From positions 27,838,001 through 27,902,000 of the forward strand of contig NC_082722.1 in the NCBI RefSeq assembly GCF_030144855.1: 64,000 nucleotides of DNA, written 5' to 3'. Both the position numbers and the translations under genes were made by a program. Source of the DNA: Hypanus sabinus. Its lineage: Eukaryota. Shown piece by piece: positions 1 to 11,087 of the stretch (its first letter is position 1; every line of letters begins with the position of its first letter). Under the pieces are notes generated by a model that made no database searches, was not told the origin of the DNA, and saw only the letters and a program-made list of their open reading frames with translations.

Positions 1-106
1 CAACACATTAGCTTTTGAACACCTTTCACGTTTACTATTCACTCTCAATTTCTGATCTTTGAAATTAGCCATTCTTCCGTGGTAGCTGTTCAGTTACTGT
101 TCTTAC

Positions 107-235
107 ATGGTCACAGTGACCCCACCACTATCACTTGTAAGCGCTTCCATCTTATATTGAGCGCAAAAGTTTTGAACATGCTGATATTCAGAGTTCTACA
201 GCAAATCCTAGAAGAACTCAGCCGATCAGGTGGAT
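107..235 (-). CDS. Putative fourth (connecting/TM-position) exon of the V(J)-C1 gene; atypical or decayed
   Basis: Acceptor tttag at 236-240 after a 62-nt intron; donor ccat|gtaaga at 106; 129 nt. The phase-1 frame reads DPPDRLSSSRICCRTLNISMFKTFALNIRWKRLQVIVVGSL with TGA at 113-111 and is only weakly hydrophobic. Confidence 0.4.
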
Positions 236-297
236 CTAAAATATCGACATTAAGGGGCGAGACAAAACCTCGTGACATCATCAAGACACAATCTTAC

Positions 298-591
298 CTT
301 GCTCCAGGATGTAGCTGAAACTTGCAGACACCGGGAGGGAGACATGCGACACCAGGCAGGTGTAAACATCCTTTCCCCAAGCAGACTGCGTGATTTCCAT
401 TAAACTACAAGCTTCGTACATGCCATCCACGCTCCGGTTTGTCACACTTTCTATTCCAGTGCAAATTTCTTCGTTATTTCTTCGCCAAACGACTTCTAAT
501 TTCTCCGGGAAGAAGGCAGCCGTTTTACAAAGGAGCTTTCGAGGAGACGAAAACCCTCCAATAGGAACAATTTCCAATGGAGTTGGAGGAG
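298..591 (-). CDS. C1-set Ig constant domain exon
   Basis: Acceptor ctttgtttttactcaag, donor caag|gtaaga, 294 nt, phase 1-1. C1 motifs: LLCKTAAFFPEKLEVVW, YEACSLMEI, VYTCLVSHVSL. Confidence 0.9.
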
Positions 592-2039
592 CTTGAGTAA
601 AAACAAAGTTATATTGGGTATTTCTGATCCATTTCAATGCAGGTAGATTCATTTATCTCTCCGCCAACTAACAGGGCACTTTTACAATCAAATGAGTTAT
701 CCGCCAGTATTAACAAATATTTAATAAATTCATTCAATATCATGTTCTGTTTATTGTTGCTCAACCATACGCACACACCGCTAAGCGAAACATTGTTCTT
801 CTGGGGCCAAGTTGTAAAATACAGTACAGTATATATAATCACACACAGCACACGTAGCTACCATCCAGAACAGTCACTGAATAAGCAGGATAAATACAGT
901 CACACTCGGAGACGAATAAAAGGAAGAGTTCAGAGAATACACCTCGACGGCGAAGCTAAGAGGTCCGAAATGAGGAAGAGATTCTCTTTTGAATGGTATT
1001 TTAGCTCTTTTGCACAGCTGGGCTTGCGGCGGGCGTTAGCTTTGGAAAGCTGGCTACTTTTGGATTTTGCATTTCGTATCAAGACTGAGCTACAAAACCC
1101 AAAATATCACAGATTTCTATAGTACGAAAGCACATGGAGTTTAATATTCTGGTTGGTCAACTGCTTAGGGAGTGTTCCAGGTCTTGGGATTGAGCTTTCC
1201 AGTCAGAAACATTCAGTAATAGAGCTTTCCCCGGAATGTGAACCATTCCAGCAACAGATCCCCCGTATTGAATGTGGCAAAACACCTCCTCCGTGAAACA
1301 GCCAGGAACGCAAATGCAAACTGATATAGTTCCATTCTTTCTAAAACCTGAATTCCTGCAGCAGAATTGTCGATAGTGACTTGGCACAGCTATAGGATCG
1401 TTTCCGGAAATGATGAGTCCATTTTTAAGGTTTTGTAAACGTGGACTGCTTCCGCTACAGCTATGGTCGGTGTCTGACATGGGAGATTCAATAGTTAGAT
1501 TGCTTTATCTGCTTATCACAGTAGTTAGGATTTCGCTGTGCCTAAAATAGCCATCCGGAGCTCACCGTTACCCGACTCCACTTCCCACGCCTATACCGAC
1601 GTCAACGTACTTGGACTTCTCAAACTCTAGGTGAAAGACAATCCTATGGGGGGGGAACAAAGGGCTTCTGCAGATACACTCAGCATAAAGGGATAGCGAC
1701 AGAACAGATTGATCCATCTGAAGATCAGCGGGTTCAACAATGCATGCAGCCGAAAGAGATGGGGGGATATCTGATACATATCCATTTGTATTTATTCGGG
1801 AGACGTACACAGAGACTCTACAACTAAGGAAAACCAGAAGCAATTTCATGACCCATATACGGATTAGAGCTTTGAGGCAAATTAGGGTGCAGAACTCCCC
1901 AAACATGCCAAGGTGTCCCATTTGACCTCGTTGGAAGCTACTGCAGAAAGTGAAAGGGCCCCGATAGAGTTATTCAGAATATCCTTACTTGTGGGTGATG
2001 TGCTGGAAGATTACTGTATAATTAATGTTTCAAGACCAT

Positions 2040-3690
2040 ATAACTATTGGATATAGGAGACGAATTAGGTCATTTGGCCCACGGAGTTTTTTTTTCTGTG
2101 CCATTTCATCAAAGCCAATAATTTCCTCTCAGCTCCAATCTCCTGCCTCCTCCCAGTAGCTGTTTATGCCCTAACCAATCAAGAAGTTGCATCCTAACCA
2201 CTGTTTTAAATATCCATAAAGACTTGGTCTCCATAGTTGCCTGTGGCAAAAAAAATAAAATCCGCAGGTTCTGCACTCTCTAGCGATAGGCATTCCGCTT
2301 CATCTCCTTTTTAAAATGATGCTCCTCTATTCTGAGGCTACGTCCTCTGGTCCTATATTCTCCCACAGTGGGAGACATCCACTCTATCAAGTACTTTCAC
2401 TTTTCAATAGGTTTCAATGCGTTCGTCCCTATTTTTTTCTGAATTCTATTGAAAATAAGCCTAGCGGCATAAAACGCTCTCATATGACTGGCTATTTAAT
2501 TCTGGAATCATTGTTCTGAGCATCCATTGAACCTTCTCCAGTTTCAGCACATTCCTTCCAAGATAAGGGGTGCAAAACCGCTCACAATGTGTCATCACGT
2601 CTCGTCAGTGCTTTATAAACTCTCAACATTACATCCTTGCTATGACATCTCGTGCTCCTGAAATGAATGCCCTTATTGCATTTGCCTTCATGACCACAGG
2701 CTGAACCTGCAAATTAACTTGCATGGAATACTACACACGGACTCCGATGTCCCTTTGCACCTCCATGTTTTTGTATTTTCTATCCAGTTAAAAAAAATAG
2801 TCAGAGCTTTCATACCCTCTACCAAAGTGCATGACCACTCACTTCTCGACAATGCATTCCATCTGCCACTTCTTTGCCTATTCTCCTAATCTGTCTAAGT
2901 CCTTCTGTAGCTTCTCTATTTCCTAAAAAAAACTGCCTGCCTGTCCGCCTCCCTTCATATCGTCTGCACACTTTGCAACACAGCCATCAATTGCATCATC
3001 CATATAATTGACATGCAACCTTAAATGAATTGGTCACAACACAGGCCGCTGTGGAAGACCATTAGTCACGGGGCTCCCTTTATTCACATTCGTCGTCTCT
3101 TACAAACCAGCCACTGCTTTATTCAGCCTAGAATCTTTCCTGCAATACTTTGGAGTCGTAGCTGGTTAAAGAGCTTGGGCATGGTTCCTGGTCAAAGGCA
3201 CTCTGAAAAACCAAGTACATAACAACCAATTCAACCTATCTTTGTCTACCCTGCTTTTCATTCGTTCACATAATTCAATCAGACTTGTCTGGCGAGAGTT
3301 TCCCTTCAGGAAATCATGCTGAGTATGGCGTGTTTTATTATGTGCCTCCAAGTAACCCACGGTCTGATCCTTAATAACGGACTGCAACATTTTGTCAATC
3401 AATGAGATAGAGTGACTGGCGTACAGTTTCCCTTTTCATGCTTCTCTGCCTACTTGCAGAGTGGAGTGGCATTTGCAATTTTCTAGTCTATCAGAACCAT
3501 TTAAGAATCTAGTAATTCTTGAAAGACCTTTAATAATGCCTCCACAATCTCATCAGCAACTTTTATCAGAATCGCGGGATGTACATCATTGGTCTAGGTG
3601 ACTTACCTACTTTCAGCCCTTTCAGTTTCCCAAGAACCTGCTCTCCAATTGTGTCTCTAGTTCTGCCTTTGCTCAAGATGGACTCTCGGA
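2040..3690 (-). mobile_element. CR1-type LINE 3' fragment (decayed)
   Basis: ORF 3166-3402 has QHDFLKGNSRQTSLIELCE, matching the CR1 RT motif QHGFxKGKSCLTNLLEFFE. A CR1-like 3' tail lies near 2050. Boundaries approximate. Confidence 0.7.
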
Positions 3691-4800
3691 ATAGGCAGTG
3701 ATATTATAAACTAGTTGGTATTACAGAAAAGTGGGTAATTTATTGGAAGATATTCTAAAGAATGAGATATATAAATATTAAAAGAGACTGGGCTTCATTC
3801 AGAATAGACAACATTGTTTTGTGCAGGGTCGTCTGTGCCTAACCAAACTTAATGAGCTTTCCGAGGGGGTTACCATGGATCTTGATGAAGGATAACAGTG
3901 GATATGGTCAACATGGATTTTAGCAAAGGGTTTGGAAAAGTTCTGCATGGGGGGGGGGGGTGGGCTGATCAAGTACGAGCGCTTGGCATTCAGGATAAAG
4001 AAGTAAGTTGTATCTAACGTTGACTTCACGGTTGAAGCCAGAGTATGATAGTAGATGGTAGTCTCTGAACAAAGGTATTTGACTAGTGCTCTGTCGCATG
4101 CTCTCAAAGCTTGCAGCGTCTTATCGACCAGGAGGGCTGAAACTGGCAGACAGATTTTAATGAAGGCAATTGTAAGTTGTTTCACTTTGAGAAGGCAAAC
4201 CAGTCCTGGATATACACAACGAACGAGACTGGCATTGAGTAGTGCGGTAAAACATGATCTTGGAATATAGATAGATAATTCATTGAAAGTGGAGTCAAAG
4301 ACGGTTGGTATCGTTAAGATAACCTTTGTCATATTGGCTTTCATATATCAGAGTATTAAGTGTAGAAGTTAGGATGCTATGCTGAAGTAGTATTTGACTT
4401 TAGTGAGAACAAATTCGGATTATTGTTCGCAATTCTGGTGATCTATCTGCAGGAGAGTTATCAATATGATTGAATTAGTATAAAGAAAGCGTACAAAGCG
4501 GTGGCATGAATTTGAGGACATGAATTATGAGGAAAGGTTTAATAGGTTAGGATTGTTTTTTCCATGAATCTTAAGAGAACGAGCGAACATTTGATAGAGT
4601 TATAGAACATTGTGAGGAATGTAGATATGGTGCATGTAAGCCTACTTCATCCACTGAGGTTGGGTGAGAATGTAATTGGAAGTCATAGCTTAAGAGTGAA
4701 ATGAGAAGTATTAAAGGCGAACCTGAGGGGAAACGTCTTCACTCCGACCCTGATGTTATTGTGGAATGAGCTGCCAGCGGAGTTATTGAATGTGGGATTC
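3690..4800 (+). mobile_element. CR1-type LINE RT fragment (decayed)
   Basis: 3810-3950 encodes QHCFVQGRLCLTKLNELS..VDMVNMDFSKGFGKVLHG, a degenerate CR1 QHGF..DVVYMDFSKAFDKVPH. Boundaries approximate. Confidence 0.7.
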
Positions 4801-5227
4801 CGCTCGCCTTTACTATATAACCCTATCAAAATTCACCTCAATATTGAGAGGGCTGTATTTTTCACCATTTTGTATGGTGAAAGAAGTATAGATTTGCTCA
4901 TCCTGCTAATCCTGCATGACAAAAATTGGAATGACAATTTGCAGTGCATGTGTCAAATTGTTACTTGATGTTGGAATTAACTCGTTTGGAGCTGGGTATT
5001 ATTCCTCTCTACTTGTTGATGCGGAAATGGAGCATGTTATTAATGCATAGAGATTATTCTATTGAAGTATTAATATTTTGCGCCCTCTGTGATGACGAAT
5101 CGAGTTATCCAACTCCAGCTATTCATATTGATATTAAAATTATTTCACACTATTGCTTGTCAAACGATCCTAACCTTGCTCGATGAAAAATGCACAGAGC
5201 CGGAAATCTCAAAACAGCCACACTCAC

Positions 5228-5533
5228 CAAACACAGTGAGCTTGGTGCCACTTCCATTCCCGATAGATTGTTGCTGATACTTTGCTTCACAGTAATACAT
5301 TCCGGAGTCGGGAAATTTGACATTCCAGAGTACAAGTGTTCCCCTTCCTCTTTCTACAGTAAATTGTCTTCTGTTGTTCCTTTCTAAAAATGACTTCTCG
5401 CCTTCCCTCCACCAACGAACGTCAACAATATCTTGTAATAGTGGAAATTTGCAGAACATGGTAACATTCGCACCACGCAGGACGGCCAGGTCCGGAGGGA
5501 ACTGTGACACTTTGCTCGGAGTGACTTTGACGG
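5228..5533 (-). CDS. Germline-joined V(J) Ig domain exon (NCR3/NKp30- or antigen-receptor-like V)
   Basis: Acceptor ttgcttatttttccggcag, donor g|gtgagt, 306 nt, phase 1-1. V-set hallmarks: NVTMFC, VRWWR, DSGMYYC, and a J-like GNGSGTKLTV in the same exon. Confidence 0.9.
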
Positions 5534-5734
5534 CTGCCGGAAAAATAAGCAAGAGTGTTAATAACATTTAAACACAATGAATTAACAAAAGCTAAAGACG
5601 TAAGTCACTGGACATCTAAGCGAAAGACGAACGAATAGCTGAAACACTGCAAGCAGATATGCTGCGGGCACCCAGGATTAAATATTCTAAAATAGAATAT
5701 TCAGTTCGGAAGCGACATGTATAAATCAGCATAC

Positions 5735-5789
5735 TGAGCCAAGTAATAGCCAGAATTGCCATGAACGAAACCGTAAATTTCTCCGACAT
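5735..5789 (-). CDS. Leader (signal peptide) exon of IgSF V(J)-C1 gene
   Basis: Minus strand ATG at 5789 reads MSEKFTVSFMAILAITWL, then a phase-1 donor (ctca|gtatgc). The 55-nt length is typical of a leader exon, and it splices in frame to the V exon. Confidence 0.7.
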
Positions 5790-6286
5790 CTTACAGAAAC
5801 CGTATCCACCAATTCCTGCAACACAAGTGGTATTTTAAAGAACTTGCTGCAGGAAAAGAACTTCGTGAGGAAACGTATTAATCATGTGAACATGGCGTAG
5901 GATGATGCAACCGCAATGCTGAATAATGTGGTTCGGATTTAAAGTCTGTCTGGGCTGGGAGGGAGATAAGAACGCTTACAGTTCTAGGTATTTACATGGC
6001 CTACCTAGTACTTTCGTGACTGTGCTGAAAATTTTGCGCTCTTGATGAATTCAGAAATTATCAAAACCTTTATTAATTCAAATCTATAAACTGCGCATTT
6101 TGATGGTAAAGATGGATATCCGTTTAGGAGTTGAAAAATGTCGGGGAATGTCACGTGATGACGTAGGATCGAGACGTGGAAATCCGGCTGTCCCGTAAAG
6201 AACCAGTAAATTAATGTTTAAGTGAAGAAAAGTTAGTAAATACTTTCTTAAAGTTACTTATAAACTACTCAGGATTGTTTCAAACC

Positions 6287-7366
6287 ATGTCTCAAAAGCA
6301 GAAACAGAAGAAAACTACTTCCTTGAAGACAACAGGAATCGGAAAAGAATCATGGCCCACCGCTACAAAAGAACAGCGGGCTCAAGTACATTTTATTTCC
6401 GGCGATACAGAACAGGAGACTGCGGCAACATCGGCCATTTCCAAAGAAAATGACCAACAAGAACTGCGCAAACGTGAAAGAAGGAGCATGTGCGAACACG
6501 AGCATTTGAACTACAAATCCCAGCTATGAGCGGAACCGGAAGTGAATGTGAATCTGCGGCAGATTCAGATTCCTTGGATGAATCAGACGGAGATGAAGGT
6601 AAAAGTTTCCCTAGAAATATAGAATCGACTTTGATGCAAATAATGCGAAAATTAGATGCATTAAAAGTAATGAAAAATATTAAAAATATGAAGACTTTGT
6701 TTGACAAAATGATGAAGAGACAGGACGAAATGGATAAGAGAATTACAGACTTGGAAGGAACAACGGGAGACATTGTTGGAAGAATGAATAATATGGGAGA
6801 TAATAATACTGCCTGGACATCGGAAAGAAAACAGTTATTGGAAAAAGTGAACATGCTTGAAAATTTTAGCAGACGAAATACTATTAAGATTGTTGGACTT
6901 AAAGAAGGCATAGAAGGAGAGGATCCAATAATTTTTTCAAAAATGGATCCCGGAAAAGTTGGAAATGGAAGACGGAACTCAGTTAATTGAAATTGACAGG
7001 GCTCACAGAGCCTTAAGACCAAGATCTCAAGATGACCAAAATCCACGATCAATCATGATAAAATTCTTAAGATATCAAGATAAAGAAAAGATCCTGAAGG
7101 CAGCTGCTCAATACGCTAGAAAGAGAAACGGGCCATTGATGATAGAAGGGAAAATAATTCTTTTCTATCCTGATGTAAGCTATGACCTTTTGAAGAGAAA
7201 GAAGGAATTTAACCCAGCGAAAAAGGTTTTATGGGAAAAGGGTTATAAATTTATACTGCGTCATCCGGCAACACGCATAATTTTTTTGCAAGAGGGAAAT
7301 AGAAGATTTTTTACTGATTATCGAGACGCAGAAGAGTTTGCACAAAAACTCCAAAATATTCACTAA
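6287..7366 (+). pseudogene. L1 ORF1p (frameshifted)
   Basis: Coiled-coil segment, then ENFSRRNTIKIVGLKEGIEG, IDRAHRAL, PRSIMIKFLRYQDKEKIL and FYPDVS, which are L1 ORF1 RRM/CTD motifs split across frames. Confidence 0.85.
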
Positions 7367-7875
7367 CTATATCCAAAGATTTAAAAGTGAAACGGATTAA
7401 AGATGAAGATAGAGATAGTGGATGGAATCACCGATATTTAAGGATAGAAGAATATTTAAATATATTCTTAATTATATGATACAGGGAGAGAAAGGTAAAA
7501 TTTTGAGTAATATTAAATGAGAGTAGTGATATTACTTTTTTTTCTTCTCTTATATATACTTTTTTATGTTACGAGGGAGCTGGGGTAACTTCGGATCGAT
7601 TGCTACGGGATTCACGTGTGTAATCATGGCAATTGCCATGACCCGTACAGCAGAGGGAGGTAATGTTGTGTTTTTTTTATATCCACAACATTAGTAGGGG
7701 GATATTTCGGTTTTTTTTCTTTATAATCTATTTTTCTTCTATCTTTCTTTCTTTGCCTGGATGATCAATGGGGAGACACATAGCAACATGGAGAATTTTA
7801 AAAAGATTCCCCAAGATACCACGAAAATTGAAAGATTAGGTATTATTATAGATTGGAGTAACCCTATTAAAAACA

Positions 7876-10800
7876 ATGACTAATGTACTGAATTTTTAAA
7901 GTTTTAATGTTAATGGGCTTAATGGACCGGTGAAAGGAAAAACAATTTTTCTATTATCAACGAATATTCAAGACAGAGTGAAACATATGGAATATAAAGC
8001 AAGAATATTATCCGATCACTCTCCCTTGATAACGACAATGATAATGATAGATAAAGAGGAATCGATTTACAGATGGAGATTTAATTCAATATTATTAAAA
8101 CGTCAAGATTTTTGTGATTTTATGAAAAAGCAGTTTTAGTTTTCATTAGATACAAATTCACACTCAGTTGATGATAAATTTATACCGTGGGAAGCAATGA
8201 AAGCATATTTGAGAAGCCAGATAATAAGTTACACTTCTAAAATCAAGAAGGAATATATGGTAGAAATAGATCAGTTGGAAAAAGAGATTAGAAAATTAGA
8301 AAAAGAATCTCAAAGACATATGACAGAAGAAAAACAAAGACAACTTGTTAACAAGAAGCTACAATATAATACACTTCAGACATATCGAACAGAAAAAGCA
8401 AATATGAGAACTAAACAGAGATATTACGAACTAGGTGAAAGATCACACATAAGGTTCTTGCTTGGCAGTTAAAAATAGACCAGACTTCCAAAATGATAAT
8501 TGCAATCAGAACAAGTGTAAATAAAATTACTTATAAACCTTCAGAAATTAATGAAACTTTTAAGAATTTTTATTCTGAGCTATATCAATCAGAATCAAAA
8601 AATGATCATGTCAAGGTAGAAAGGTTTATATCACAAATAACTCTTCCAAAATGGAATTCGGAAGAACAGAAGGGATTAGATAGGCCTTTTGCATTAAAAG
8701 AGCTTGAAGAAGCTCTAGGATCACTTCCGAGTAATAATTCCCCAGGAGAAGATGGTTTTCACCCGAAATTTACAAGAAGTTTAAAGATTTACTAATTCCT
8801 CCTTTTATGGAGATAATACATCAAACAGAAAGAACGCAAAACTTCCAGAATCTTTCTCGACAGCTATTTTAATAGCATTGCCAAAAAAAGATAGAGATCT
8901 TTTAAAGCCAACATCATATTGGCCTATTTCTTTGTTAAACACTGACTATAAAATAATAGCAAAAATTCTATCCAGTAGATTATCTAAATACTTACCAAAA
9001 TTAATACATATGGATCAAACAGGATTTATTAAAAATAGACAATCGGCGGATAATGTAACCCGGTTACTTAGCATAATTCATTTGGAACAAAAGAAGGAGG
9101 AAATTAGTGTGGCAGTTGCTTTTGATGCAGAAAAAGCATTTGATAGGTTGGAATGGGAATTCTTATTTAAGGTATTGGAAAAATATGGATTAGGAGCATC
9201 TTTCAGAAAATGGATTAAAACCTTAAATACTAATCCCAAAGCTAAGGTAGCGACAAATGGTCAAATTTCAACATCATTTCAGTTAACAAGGTCAACTAGG
9301 CAAGTTTGTCCATTATCACCTGCTTTATTTGTGTTGGCGATAGAACCATTAGCTGAATTAATTAGAACGGACACCGATATTAAGGGTTTTAGAGTTAACC
9401 AGGAAGAATACAAGATTAGTTTATTTGTTGACGATGTTCTGATTTATTTAACAAACCCATTGAATTCGCTGCGTAAATTATCTTCTAGATTGGAAGAATA
9501 TGGGAAAATATCAGGCTACAAAATAAATTGGGATAAAAGTGAAATTCTACCTCTTACTAAAGGAGATTATAGTCAATGTCGATTAATAACTCAATTTAGA
9601 TGGCCGATAAATGGTATAAAATATTTAGGTATAAGAGATGATAGCGAGATAAAGAACTTATATCAATTAAATTAGTTATCATTATTGAAAAAAAATTTAA
9701 GAAGATCTTGATAAATGGATGACATTACCAATAACATTACTAGACAGAGTAAATGCTGTAAAAATGAATATATTCCCTAGATTACAATACTTATTCCAAA
9801 CACTACGAAGACAACTACCCCAGAAATTTTTTCAAGAGTTAAATAAACGTGTGAGGAAGTTCCTTTGGAAAGGTAAGATGTCAAGAGTATCGTTGGAAAA
9901 ATAGACATCGAAATTTGATCTAGGAGGATTACAACTTCCAGATTTTAAGAATTATTATAAAGCAAATCAACTTAGATTTATTGCATCTTTTTTTGATAAA
10001 GATAAGCCGGAATGGATAAGAATAGAACTAGATAAAATAGGAAAAAATACACCAGAAGATTTTATATATAAATGGGAATCTAAATGGATACGGGAAAAAA
10101 AAGAATCTCCTATATTAAAACATTTGATTGATCTATGGAACCATAAATCTTGACGTTGAGATGAGAAAATCTTTATTAGCAAAGAGATCTTTAATTCAAA
10201 ATAAACTTATTCATTTTACAATGGACAATCAGCTTTTATGCAACTGGTTTCAAAAAGGGATTAGATATATAGGAGATTGTTTTGAAGGAGGTATTTTAAT
10301 GTCATTTGATCAGAGAATAAATACAAAATATCAAATAACACTCTTTTTTGTTATTTCCAATTAAGGGCTTATTTAAGAGATAAATTGGTCAAGCAATGTT
10401 ACTGCCGAAAACTAGTGAAATAGAAACTTTAATTCAAAAAGGAAAAATTTAAATATTTATCTCTTGTATGTATAGTTTGATTCAAAAACAGGCAATTAAA
10501 CAAGGAATTCATAAGTCAAGACAAAAATGGGAAATTGACTGGAATATTAAAATTGAAGAAACAAGTTAGTAAAGACTATGTCTTGACAGTGTGACAAATA
10601 TAACAAATGTCCAGTTAAGATTAGTGAAATATAACTTTTTACATCAATTATATATTACACCACAAAAAAAAATAAATTAAACCCAAATTTATCTGATCAA
10701 CGCTATTGATGTAATCAAGAAATTGATACTTTTTTTACATTCTACTTGGTCTAGTTCCAAAATTATTGGACAAATTTAAGAGTTTTACTGGAACAAATTA

Positions 10801-11087
10801 TTGGAACACAACTTCAACATAACCCAATACTATTTTTATTAGGTGATACCGAAGGGATAAAACCGAAACCCAAACTGAATAAATATAAGAAAGAATTCAT
10901 AAAAATTGCATTGGCAGTAGCCAAAAAGGCTATTGCAGTTGCTTGGAAATCGGATTCATACTTAAGTATAGACCGTTGGAAGAACGAAATCTTCAGCTGC
11001 ATCCCACTTGAAAAAATTACTTATAATTTAAGAGATAAATATGAAACATTTCTGAAAATTTGGCGCCCTTATTTAGAAATGACATGA
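7876..11087 (+). pseudogene. L1 ORF2p (endonuclease partly deleted, RT, C-terminal domain; many stops/frameshifts)
   Basis: SFNVNGLN and SDHSP endonuclease ends lie abnormally close, implying an internal deletion. RT motifs: SPGEDGF, PISLLNTDYKIIAKIL, DAEKAFDRLEW, TRQVCPLSP, FVDDVL. Confidence 0.9.

Noticed and set aside
5232-5238. RSS heptamer CACAGTG at the end of the V exon (another at 112-118)
   Set aside because: No nonamer at 12- or 23-nt spacing; the first is just the reverse complement of the codons for L-T-V.
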